Assembly (NCBI GenBank): GCA_002269645.1
Contig: NIVC01001569.1
Span: 124,001 to 188,000 of the forward strand
Direction: 5' to 3'
Length of the DNA stretch: 64,000 nucleotides
Source: Macrostomum lignano
Lineage: Eukaryota
The translations under genes and the position numbers were made by a program. Positions 51,756 through 63,400 of the stretch are shown in pieces. Each line of letters starts with the position of its first letter. The first letter of the stretch is position 1. Under the pieces are notes generated by a model. It saw only the letters and a program-made list of their open reading frames with translations, made no database searches and was not told where the DNA came from.

Positions 51756-53204
51756 ATTACATTATCATATCATTAAAACCGATTAAACCTTTCACCGTGA
51801 TGACGACACCGCACTGTTTTGTTTACCGCACTGTCACCGCACTGCATGATTTTTCGAGTAGCCTAGGCCTACTGTATAGCATAAGTATAGCGTAGCATAG
51901 TATACAACAACAACAACAACAACAGAGTACGCTGCCAGTTCACAAAAGCAGCAGCATAGTATAGCATAATATAGCAGCTGCACAGTGAAGGACAACCTGG
52001 TCAAGCATATTGGGGTGGCTGACCAAGGGGTGAGGAGTGAGTGAATGAGTCATCATGCGGTCGCGGAATCATTCCATTTGCTTAGTTTGTTATATAAATT
52101 AGCTATGCCTAGGCCCTAAGCCGCCTTAGGCCCTTATGTTATTTTACATTTTAGAATCAGTTTAACTTTGGTAAAAACCAATGGCAATTAGCAAAAGTTA
52201 TTTATATCTGTTTTTGATGCCTTATCATTATTAATATTAGTAAAAAGAAAAATATTACATTCAAAAGTTTTTTCTAACCTTAAATTCTTCTAACTTTTCA
52301 TTTTTAAGAATTAAAAATCTTTACTTTATTTAATATAATTTATAAAATTAATTTTTATTTTAATATAAATTAGGTATAAAAGTAAATATTTTCAACTTTT
52401 AAAATAAAACCTCTACTAGGCCCTTATCTATACCTATAAAATGAAAACTCTGTGTGTCTGTGTGTCTTGTGGCCCTTATATTTATAAGCCCATTGGGATG
52501 CAACTCCAACATTTTGTAAGCTGTTGGTTCAATTTTGGACTAGAATTAACCAGAAATGTACTTTCAGTCTTGAACCATTTAGAACAAAATTTTTATTATC
52601 CAGAAATTCAACAAGCTGTCTGATACCCATAGTCAGGATGATATATATTATGCCAGAAATTTCTGGCATACAATTAAAAATTTTATTTTTTGGCTTACAA
52701 TTGGCAAAAAAAGTGAGGGAAAATATATTTGGCATATTTTTGGCGTGACACCATGGCCTAAATATGCCAAGCAGCGTTATGCCAACTCCAACCTTCATGC
52801 CAAAGTTAATATTAACAATTGTTGACATAATGCCACAATCTCAAAATCATAATAACCATAAAACTTGTAAGATGAAAGTTCATACCTATTCATGATTTAT
52901 AAAAATTTAAAATTCTACACAAACTAATCGTGTAATTTTCTAAAAAAACCTAAACAAAAAATTGATTTTTGTTGGCATTATCTATAAGCCAATTTAGGCC
53001 TACTTTAAATGAAAACTACACATTTGTTAAATAATCTTCGTGAAGTTCATGGTACATATTTTGACATAATTGCCAAATTGCCAAAAATGTGTAACACACA
53101 AAAAAGGTCATTTATTGTCACAAAGCCTAGAAAACCTGGTGTAAGTTCCTAGGACCTTGGCATACTGAGACTTTTTGTAGGCCCCTACTGATTTTTGCCT
53201 AACT

Positions 53205-53910
53205 GAGACCCAATTTTTAACTTTATTGTGTCAGACAAAAGTCAGCTGGCTGTCTAAGACTTTTTGTACCAATTTTTAACTTTATTGTGTTGGACAAAAG
53301 TCGGCTGGCTGTCTAAGACTTTTTGTACCAATTTTTAACTTTATTGTGTTGGACAAAAGTCGGCTGGCTGTCTAAGACTTTTTGTACCAATTTTTAACTT
53401 TATTGTGTTGGACAAAAGTCGGCTGGCTGTCTAAGACTTTTTGTACCAATTTTTAACTTTATTGTGTTGGACAAAAGTCGGCTGGCTATCTAAGACTTTT
53501 TGTACCAATTTTTAACTTTATTGTGTTGGACAAAAGTCGGCTGGCTGTCTAAGACTTTTTGTACCAATTTTTAACTTTATTGTGTTGGACAAAAGTCGGC
53601 TGGCTGTCTAAGACTTTTTGTACCAATTTTTAACTTTATTGTGTTGGACAAAAGTCGGCTGGCTGTCTAAGACTTTTTGTACCAATTTTTAACTTTATTG
53701 TGTTGGACAAAAGTCGGCTGGCTGTCTAAGACTTTTTGTACCAATTTTTAACTTTATTGTGTTGGACAAAAGTCGGCTGGCTGTCTAAGACTTTTTGTAC
53801 CAATTTTTAACTTTATTGTGTTGGACAAAAGGCGGCTGGCTGTCTGAGACTTTTTGTACCAATTTTTGCCTAACTGAGACCCAATTTTTAACTTTATTGT
53901 GTTGGACAAA
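53205..53910. repeat. 59-bp minisatellite upstream of endosulfine
   Basis: aatttttaactttattgtgttggacaaaagtcggctggctgtctaagactttttgtacc, about 11 near-identical copies. Confidence 0.95.
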
Positions 53911-54409
53911 ATAAGACAAAAGCTTATATTAGCAGCAATATAAATAGTTACGAACTTAAATTTGATATTATTAGCCAGAATATAGCTATGGTAGCACTTT
54001 AGAAGTACATAAAAGGTGTAAATTTTAAAATTCAAAAGTAGTTTATAATAACTATCATAATTTATATACAAAGTACACAGGCCACAGGGTACAGTATAAT
54101 CTCAAGACATCCTGGCACACAACCACAGACAGAGTTTAGTAAAAACTCTACTATATCTCTGTTGTCATATAATCATTTGTGCAACTTTTTAACATTACAT
54201 CAGCTATGCTGACTTACCTTTGCTTGAAAGCTTGCTTTATTGAGTGTTTTCAAAAAAGTAAAAAAATCATCACATTTGGTTGGCCAGCAGTTGCGCATGT
54301 AACTCCTATTTATCTTGTCATTACAGCTGTTTATTCCAACAAACTAAGTGAAAGTTTCGACGCTTCAATTATTCTTCTGGAAGCAGCAACAGCAGCAGAA
54401 GCGGCGGCC

Positions 54410-54796
54410 ATGGACCAGCGCAAACTCGAACTAGAAGAGGAGGCCAAGTTGCGCCAGAAATATCCCAATCTAAGCCGGCAAGGCCTTGGCAATTCCGTAT
54501 TGCAAAAACGATTGAGTCGCGGCGGACCAAAATACTTTGATAGCGGCGACTACAACATGGCTAAAGCGTCTAGCAAGGCTGCCCCGCCTGCCCTGACCTG
54601 CCCCCAGCCCGGGGTCACCGGGGACACCATCCCCAGCCCGGAGACTGTGCCCGCCATCAAGACGCCCGTGTTCCCAACCGAGACCAACGCGGCCATCCCA
54701 ACTGGGCCGCCACAGCAGCCGAATTTTCCCGATCATCATCAGCATCATCAGCATCCCCCCTGCGGTTGTTGCCGACCTTCCCGTTGGGGTTGCTAA
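54410..54796 (+). CDS. ENSA: Endosulfine / ARPP19-family PP2A-B55 inhibitor (128 aa, intronless)
   Basis: EEAKLRQKYP..LQKRL...PKYFDSGDYNMAK with the Greatwall phosphosite FDSGDY, and VTGDTIPSP corresponding to the family VTGDHIPTP. ATG at 54410 in good context (gccATGg). Confidence 0.9.
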   Translation: MDQRKLELEEEAKLRQKYPNLSRQGLGNSVLQKRLSRGGPKYFDSGDYNMAKASSKAAPPALTCPQPGVTGDTIPSPETVPAIKTPVFPTETNAAIPTGPPQQPNFPDHHQHHQHPPCGCCRPSRWGC

Positions 54797-55699
54797 GTGA
54801 CATTGGCGTTTGTTTACATTGACTGGCGAAAATTAGAATGGTCCAGTTCGCTTTGCAATACCAAAAAAGTTTGTTTGCTATCAAATCAATTTTAATTTGT
54901 GTTGTTTTTTTGTTTTTTTACTTATACTACTACTAATCTGCCGCTAACAGTAGTATGCCGCGCCTCTAATTTTATTGCTTTCTGCTCATTATTGTGCTGT
55001 GCTGTCTATCTTGCTTATAATCGTATAGCTTTTTTTCTAAGCATGTGAGAATGCTTTTCCATTTTTTGCTGTACCCTTTCGCTAAACAAGTTAAATGAGA
55101 CTTATTTATATAGGTTTGTTCTGCTAATTAATTTTTGTATAGACCATCTCGGAATTCTGTTAACTTTAGGATTTACTCAGATTGGGGTTCACTCAGATTA
55201 GGGTTCACTCAGTTTAAATTTCACTCAGTGTAATAAGTTAAAGACTATTGAATTTTGTCATTCTTTAGCAGACCAAAACGCATATATTGTTTCATTCATC
55301 TATATTTATAGTTTTCTCTACTATAAGTAGCTAGTGGCTTCAGAAATTCGTGAACAAAAATTCGTATTTTTTGAGTATCTACTACATTGACTGTCTTTGT
55401 CTTCACTCATTAATAACGTCGCGCATATATCCGATATTTTATTTTAAAATTATTTCTAAAGTTCACGTTTTTTGTTTAAGGTCGCAAGTTCTCTCACTAC
55501 TGGTTCTTACAATTTCAGATTGTTCTTGTCTATTTTATTTTTTATATACAATTATGTGTTTTTATCGTGCAGAATCTTTCATCAGATCAACTATTAATTC
55601 TGTTAGATGTAAAAACGTAAAATTTACTTACAAGTTCTAATACTGCTGCTATACACCTTCCAAGTCTGGGAAAATACACACTTAAAAGACGGGGTGCCC

Positions 55700-56130
55700 C
55701 TCGGCCTCCCAGATCCTCAGTTGCTGGGCCAGCCTCCCAGATCCTCAGTTGCTGGGCCAGCTCCCAGATCCTCAGTTGCTGGGCCAGCCTTTCAGATCCT
55801 CAGTTGCAGGAGCCAGCCTTCCAGATCCTCAGTTGCTGGGCCAGCCTCCCAGATCCTCAGTTTCTGGTCCAGCCTCCCAGATCCTCAGTTTCTGGTCCAG
55901 CCTCCCAGAACCTCAGTTGTTGGGCCAGCCTCCCAGATCCTCAGTTGCTGGGTCAGCCTTTCATAGTGTCAGTTGCTGGGCCAGCCTCCCAGATCCTCAG
56001 TTGCTGGGCCAGCTCCCAGATCCTCAGTTGCTGGGCCAGCTTCCCAGATCCTCAGTTGCTAGTCCTTCCAGTCCTCAGTTGCTGGGCCTCCCGGATCCTC
56101 AGTTGCTGGGCCTCCCAGATTCTCAGTTGC
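55700..56130. repeat. 28-bp minisatellite, second locus of the PREP intron-1 family
   Basis: ccagcctcccagatcctcagttgctggg units. Confidence 0.9.
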
Positions 56131-56434
56131 TTGAGTTAATGCAGATAAATCAGAGCCATTTAAATGATTTCCGATGCATGCTATTCAAACGGTGTTAATT
56201 CAATAGATTTGCATGCTGCTGTCAAAAATTTCTTTATTTTTATTTGTTTTTGCCTTTATAGATTTCTGCTCCCGCTGCATAAATAAAGTAGGTTTTATTA
56301 TTTTGTTGGCGAATGAATACATATTGTGTTTTTAAACTCTGAAAGTTTTTAAACTTTGTGACGTTTTTGGGAATGTGACTAGCCCATTAAAATTGCTTTT
56401 TATCTCCAATGCGCTTACTTTATATCGTCTCAAA

Positions 56435-56877
56435 GTTCATCTCATACTGTTGGTCATCTGTAGTGCCAATATTCAAGTTCATCTCATACTGTTGGTCATC
56501 TGTAGTGCCAATATTCAAGTTCATCTCATACTGTTGGTCATCTGCCATGCTAATCCACAACTTCTGCCATGCTAATCCACAACTTCTGCCATGCTAATCC
56601 ACAACTTCTGCCATGCTAATCCACAAGTTCTGCCATGCTAATCCACAACTTCTGCCATGCTAATCCACAAGTTCTGCCATGCTAATCCACAACTTCTGCC
56701 ATGCTAATCCACAACTTCTGCCATGCTAATCCACAACTTCTGCCATGCTAATCCACAACTTCTGCCATGCTAATCCACAACTTCTGCCATGCTAATCCAC
56801 AACTTCTGCCATGCTAATCCACAACTTCAGCCATGCTAATCCACAACTTCAGCCATGCTAATACACAAGTTCTGCCA
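56435..56877. repeat. 43-bp repeat (about 2.5 copies) followed by 22-bp minisatellite (ctaatccacaacttctgccatg)
   Basis: Direct inspection; the SINE is inserted at its 3' end. Confidence 0.9.
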
Positions 56878-57239
56878 TTTTTTATTAGAGGCAGGGGGGC
56901 TGTGTGCACCCTGGCACACTTTAAGCGACATAGGCACACAACCGGCGAGAGGCATTACTGCCCATTCCGCCGACTCCCCTGAGCGGGCACACAAGCGCGC
57001 GGATACGTACGCAGGCACACACTCACACAGGAGTGTACAGCGGCCCTAACTTTATATTATTGTTAGGCATGTACACTTCACTGCGCCTTGGGGGGTTGGC
57101 TCTCAAGGCCGTTAATTGCACGAGCAGAGCCAAGCCGAGATTCCAATTCAGCCCCAAATTAATGTGACTGCACTTGGAATCGAGCCTGGGTCGCTGGCAC
57201 ACCAGAGCAGCTGCGCTACCGCTGGGTTACGGCCCCACC
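56878..57239 (-). mobile_element. tRNA-derived SINE (~360 bp) with A-rich tail
   Basis: Minus-strand head GGGGCCGTAACCCAGCGGTAGCGC...GGCTCGATTCC carries an A box (57219-57229) and a B box (57176-57186). The 3' end is AATAAAAAA. CAAGTTCTGCCAT flanks both sides (56865-56877, 57240-57252). A diverged partial copy lies at ~62250-62410. Confidence 0.75.
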
Positions 57240-57784
57240 CAAGTTCTGCCATGCTTCTGCCAATCTACGCGACTGTACCTCCATACAACCTGATTGTAGC
57301 ATTTGCTTTCACAGTTGTTGTTCCTTAAAATAGTCGGATAACTATGCATTGCATCAGGGAGAGAATCTAGTCAGTCTTCATCAATCTTTTCCTTTTTTCA
57401 TGAAGCTTCATCATACAAGAGGTAAGTCTATACTTACTCTTGCAAGTCAATTGCCACCAGACTTGGGTGGGGGGATTTCTTACCTACGAGAAGTACGCCT
57501 ACATGTACGTACACTAGTCTCGCATTCGGCAGCCGACAAGGCAGTCCGCAAGATTTTGTGTGCAAAGCACTTCATTTATCAATTCACTTTCATGGTTGCA
57601 AGCTAAATAGTTATTACATGTAGATTACTTCTACTTCATTTATCAATGCCTGCCGTTCTGATGCCTATATAATTTATCTGATTGTTTGGGCAAGGGCATT
57701 GCATTAGTTTAATTACTATTAGTATTACGAGCTATCCTTGATTAAAATAGTATTTGAATAAAATTTTGGAGTGGATTAAAAGGC

Positions 57785-58845
57785 GATTCTTTACAGTTCG
57801 GGTGGGTAAAGGGCGATTGTTTACAGTTTGGGTTAAGGGGGATTCTTTACAGTTTGGGCTAAGGGGGATTCTTTACAGTTTGGGCTAAGGGGGATTCTTT
57901 ACAGTTTGGGCTAAGGGAGATTCTTTACAGTTTGGGCTAAGGGAGATTCTTTACAGTTTGGGCTAAGGGAGATTCTTTACAGTTTGGGCTAAGGGAGATT
58001 CTTTACAGTTCGGGTGGGTAAAGGGCGATTCTTTACAGTTTTGGCTAAGGGGGATTCTTTACAGTTTGGGCTAAGGGAGATTCTTTACAGTTCGGGTGGG
58101 TAAAGGGCGATTCTTTACAGTTCGGGTGGGTAAAGGGCGATTCTTTACAGTTCGGGTGGGTAAAGGGCGATTCTTTACAGTTTGGGCTAAGGGAGATTCT
58201 TTACAGTTTGGGCTAAGGGAGATTCTTTACAGTTTGGGCTAAGGGAGATTCTTTACAGTTTGGGCTAAGGGAGATTCTTTACAGTTTGGGCTAAGGGAGA
58301 TTCTTTACAGTTTGGGCTAAGGGAGATTCTTTACAGTTTGGGCTAAGGGGGATTCTTTACAGTTTGGGCTAAGGGAGATTCTTTACAGTTTGGGTTAAGG
58401 GAGATTCTTTACAGTTTGGGCTAAGGGGGATTCTTTACAGTTTGGGCTAAGGGAGACTCTTTACAGATTGGGCTAAGGGAGATTCTTTACAGTTTGGGTT
58501 AAGGGGAGATTCTTTACAGTTTGGGTTAAGGGGAGATTCTTTACAGTTTGGGTTAAGGGGAGATTCTTTACAGTTTGGGCTAAGGGGGATTCTTTACAGT
58601 TTGGGCTAAGGGAGATTCTTTACAGTTCGGGTGGGTAAAGGGCGATTCTTTACAGTTTGGGCTAAGGGAGATTCTTTACAGTTTGGGCTAAGGGAGATTC
58701 TTTACAGTTTGGGTTAAGGGGAGATTCTTTACAGTTTGGGCTAAGGGAGATTCTTTACAGTTTGGGTTAAGGGAGATTCTTTACAGTTTGGGCTAAGGGA
58801 GATTCTTTACAGTTTGGGTTAAGGGGAGATTCTTTATACAGTTTC
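57785..58845. repeat. 26-30-bp minisatellite (gattctttacagtttgggctaaggga with ttcgggtgggtaaagggc variant)
   Basis: About 40 units, two interspersed variants. Confidence 0.95.
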
Positions 58846-59509
58846 CGGTGGGTTAAGCTATAGTTGGTGAAATTACTGCAAGTGGTTTCCGTGCCAGTAA
58901 TTTAGAGTAATTTACGGCAGGTTTGGGGCGTTAATTAGAGTGAGGCTGGCTTATGGACCGCTATTTTTGATGAGGAAGATTGATAGGCGATCCTGCAGAC
59001 ATTGAGCCTGCCTCTTGGCGTGCTTTCTTCCAGCCTGACCTGTTTATAACGTCGACCCGAATCTTCTGCTCTGGGAACATTCAGAACCAACATTTTGAGA
59101 TTAGGCGCGCTTTCATTTAGTTGATTAATTGAAAAATCTCCCCTTAGACTTGTGCAGTGTCAGTAAAAGAGAAATGAAAAGTTTGCGCAGCTTTGGAGAG
59201 CTTTTAGCGCTGTCAGTTTTGATGCGTTCATTTTTCAAAGTTTCTCATGCAGCAGAGAGAGAGCTTTGCGCCCTCGCGACTGTGGAAAAAGTTTCGACTT
59301 CGTAAACTGCCGGGCCCTTTCATTTATTTAGAGCCCTAAAGTGCAGCCAGAATTTCCGGAATAGGATTTTTTCTGATTATTTTATGGTTAATTACTCGGA
59401 TAGATTCAACCGAATGGACCAGTGAATTTTGGTGAAAATCTAGCAAAAGTATTCGAGTTGAAATTCAAAGTACAAGTAGTAGCGCTTCAGGATTATTAGG
59501 ATTAGGGTA

Positions 59510-60250
59510 GATTGATGCCTACCATGAAGAGTTGCTGAATAGATTGATGCTTTACCTGAAGAGTTGCTGAATAGATTGGTGCTTTACCTGAAGAGTTGCT
59601 GAATAGATTGATGCTTTACCTGAAGAGTTGCTGAATAGATTGATGCTTTACCTGAAGAGTTGCTGAATAGATTGATGCTTTACCTGAAGAGTTGCTAAAT
59701 AGATTGATGCTTTACCTGAAGAGTTGCTGAATAGATTGATGCTTTACCTGAAGAGTTGCTGAATAGATTGATGCTTTACCTGAAGAGTTGCTAAATAGAT
59801 TGATGCCTACCATGAAGAGTTGCTGAATAGATTGATGCTTTACCTGAAGAGTTGCTAAATAGATTGATGCCTACCATGAAGAGTTGCTGAATAGATTGAT
59901 GCTTTACCTGAAGAGTTGCTGAATAGATTGATGCTTTACCTGAAGAGTTGCTGAATAGATTGATGCTTTACCTGAAGAGTTGCTGAATAGATTGATGCTT
60001 TACCTGAAGAGTTGCTGAATAGATTGATGCTTTACCTGAAGAGTTGCTGAATTATATTGATGCCTACCTGAAGAGTTGCTGAATAGATTGATGCTTTACC
60101 TGAAGAGTTGCTGAATAGATTGATGCCTACCTGAAGAGTTGCTGAATAGATTGATGCCTACCTGAAGAGTTGCTGAATTATATTGATGCTTTACCTGAAG
60201 AGTTGCTGAATTATATTGATGCTTTACCTGAAGAGTTGCTGAATAGATCA
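59510..60250. repeat. 32-bp minisatellite (gattgatgctttacctgaagagttgctgaata) upstream of DEG/ENaC
   Basis: About 23 copies ending ~235 nt before the ATG. Confidence 0.95.
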
Positions 60251-60484
60251 AGCATTGCTCAATATCAATTGATTGCTCAATTGTCACAATAGAACAGATT
60301 GTTTATGAAGCATCGCCATGATTGCGTGAAGTTCCGTGCTCAGCTCATGGTCCCAGCTGGGCTAGAATCTTGTCAGGCCAGCCAGCCAATCAGAAACTGG
60401 CAGGCACCATTGGCTGCAAAACTCTTCATAACGAAAGGCACGAGTCAGACGTATTGAGTTTTAACTGTCTGGAGCTGCTGAAAA

Positions 60485-63400
60485 ATGCCGTCAACTGGCC
60501 CCGCCGTTCTGTCGCCGTCATCGTCTCGAAGGCTTCGCCAGACGTCTAGTCGTCGTGGTCGTCGGCAGCGTCGGCAGCGTCGGCAGCTGGCATCGGAGGA
60601 TGTCCGCCTGATCCGACGGCTGCACAGCTTGGCTGGTCGGGCATCGTTGCACGGCCTGCACCGCCTGTGCTCCCAGGACGGCTGGTGTCCCGGACAGCTG
60701 GCCTGGTCCGCGGTGCTCCTCCTGGCCACCGCTGGCCTCTGCCTGCACATCTGGAGCGAGGCGGTTGAGTACTCGCTCTATCCCGTGTCCAGCAGCTCCA
60801 AGTTGGCTTTGAACAGCTTTGAATTTCCCGACGTGACAATCTGCAATCCGGAGAACCCGATGAAAACCCGCCGTCTAGATCTGGAGCCGCTTGGCAACGC
60901 CAACGACAAACTGCAGAGCAATAGCGGCATCTGGGACGATCTGGATGTCAGGCCAATCTATCGATACGAGCACTATACTCAAATTAGTCAACACGGCACT
61001 TTCCCGGCCGATCTGGTGGTCTATTGTCGCTACAATCAGCAGCCTTGCTCGCACGAGAATTTCACCGTTGTGTTCGATAGGTCCTATGGCAACTGTTACA
61101 CCTTCGTGCCTAGTGAGTGTTCAGTGTCTCACCTGTCATTCCAGTGTCTCACCTGTCATTCCAGTGTCTCACCTGTCATTCCAGTGTCTCACCTGTCATT
61201 CCAGTGTCTCACCTGTCATTCCAGTGTCTCACCTGTCATTCCAGTGTCTCACCTGTCATTCCAGTGTCTCACCTGTCATTCCAGTGTCTCACCTGTCATT
61301 CCAGTGTCTCACTTGTCATTCCAGTGTCTCACCTGTCATTCCAGTGTCTCACCTGTCATTCCAGTGTCTCACCTATAATTCCAGTGTCTCACCTATCATT
61401 CAGTGTCTCACCTGTCATTCCAGTGTCTCACCTGTTATTCCAGTGTCTCAACTGGCATTCCAGTGTCTCACCTGTCATTCGAGTGTCTCACCTGTCATTC
61501 CAGTGTCTCACCTGTTATTCCAGTGTCTCAACTGGCATTCCAGTGTCTCACCTGTTATTCCAGTGTCTCACCTGTCATTCGAGTGTCTCACCTGTCATTC
61601 CAGTGTCTCACCTGTCATTCCAGTGTCTCACTTGTCATTCCAGTGTCTCACCTATCATTCAGTGTCTCACCTGTCATTCCAGTGTCTCACCTGTTATTCC
61701 AGTGTCTCACCTATCATTCCACTGTCTCACCTATCATTCCAGTGTCTCACCTGTCATTCCAGTGTCTCACTTGTCATTCCAGTGTCTCACCTATCATTCA
61801 GTGTCTCACCTGTCATTCGAGTGTCTCACCTGTCATTCCAGTGTCTCACCTGTCATTCCAGTGTCTCACCTGTCATTCCAGTGTCTCACCTGTCATTCCA
61901 GTGTCTCACCTGTCATTCCAGTGTCTCACCTATCATTCCAGTGTCTCACCTATCATTCAGTGTCTCAACTGGCATTCCAGTGTCTCACCTGTCATTCCAG
62001 TGTCTCACCTGTCATTCCAGTGTCTCACCTGTTATTCCAGTGTCTCACCTGGCATTCCAGTGTCTCACCTATCATTCCAGTGTCTCACCTGTCATTCCAG
62101 TGTCTCAACTGGCATTCCAGTGTCTCATCTATCATTCCAGTGTCTCACCTGTCATTCCAGTGTCTCACCTATCATTCCAGTGTCTCACCTTGAACTCCAT
62201 TGTCTCGCTGACTCAGGTGAAATGTGTCATAACCAGAGCTGACCTCAATTCTGCCCAGTCCGCTGACCCCTGAGCACACACAAGCGCGCCAATGATGTAC
62301 GCAGGCACGCGCTCACACAGGGTGCACACTGGTCCTGACTTTCTAATCGTCAGGCTTGCACACTCTCTGCGCCTTCGGGGTTGGCTCTCATGGCTGTGAA
62401 TCGCACTACAAATTTTCTTGGCCTCCGCAACCCACCCGCTGTTCAGACGAGCGTCAGGTCAGCCGGCCGGACACTGTCAGCGGGCTGATCCTGATCCTGT
62501 ACGACCCGGCAGCTGACGGCGTGCTCGAGATGTCGCACCGAGTCGGCAAGATGGGCTACAAAACCCGGCCTAGGGAGATGGCATTCGACACCGAGGGCTA
62601 CCTGGTGACGCTGCACGCGAAGGGCACCCGGCCGCACCCACTGGAGAACTCGCACACGGTCAGCCTGGGTCACGTGGCCACCGTGGCGCTCGAGCAGCAG
62701 AACACCCGGCTGGCCAACACGCCCAGCAACCCGTGCCGCACCCGGGAGAGCCGCCTGACATTCGACTCCGAGCTCGGCAGGACCGTCAACTACACGGACA
62801 CGCTGAACGACTGTGCGCAGAGGCAGGCGGCCCAGGCACTGTTAATGCGATGCGGTTGCGTACCCGAAGGTCCCGTCTGGCTGGAGGACTATCCGCCAAG
62901 TTTGTCCCATCCGGACTCAATCGCAAATCGAGTGCCCTATTGTCACCTGTTGGTGCGCAATTCCGACTTCAATAAGCCGGGCATGAATTCCAGCTTGGAG
63001 TTGGAGAAATTGAATCAGATTATCCAGCCTACAATACCGTCTAATAGGCATAAGGTAAATTAGTTCGTAACTATAATTAGTTAACCAATCAGAGAATGTT
63101 GTGGAGTAGGAAGCCACCGGGTTAGAGTTGAAGAGGAAAAACTTGCCAACCAATCAGCGAAGAGCATGTACTGACAGTGGGGTTAGAAAAACACCGGGTT
63201 AATGTTAAAGAAGAGAATCTCGCCAGCCAATCAGCGAAGAGTATGTACTGACAGGGGGTTAGAAAAACAGTGGGTCAGAGTTGAAGGGAATAATCTCGCC
63301 AACCAATCAGCGAAGAGTATGTACTGACAGTGGGGTTAGAAAAACACCGGGTTAAGGTTAAAGAAAATAATGTCGCAAGCCAATCAGCGAAGAGCATGTA

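Noticed and set aside
57176-57236. tRNA gene
   Set aside because: It has A and B boxes but no complete cloverleaf or acceptor stem, and it continues into a SINE body with an A-rich tail.
59510-60250. CTGAAGAG in the 32-bp unit resembling a tandem minimal hammerhead (retrozyme-like) array
   Set aside because: The required GAAA after stem II is absent (TGAATA or TAAATA), and no helix I or III pairing is evident.
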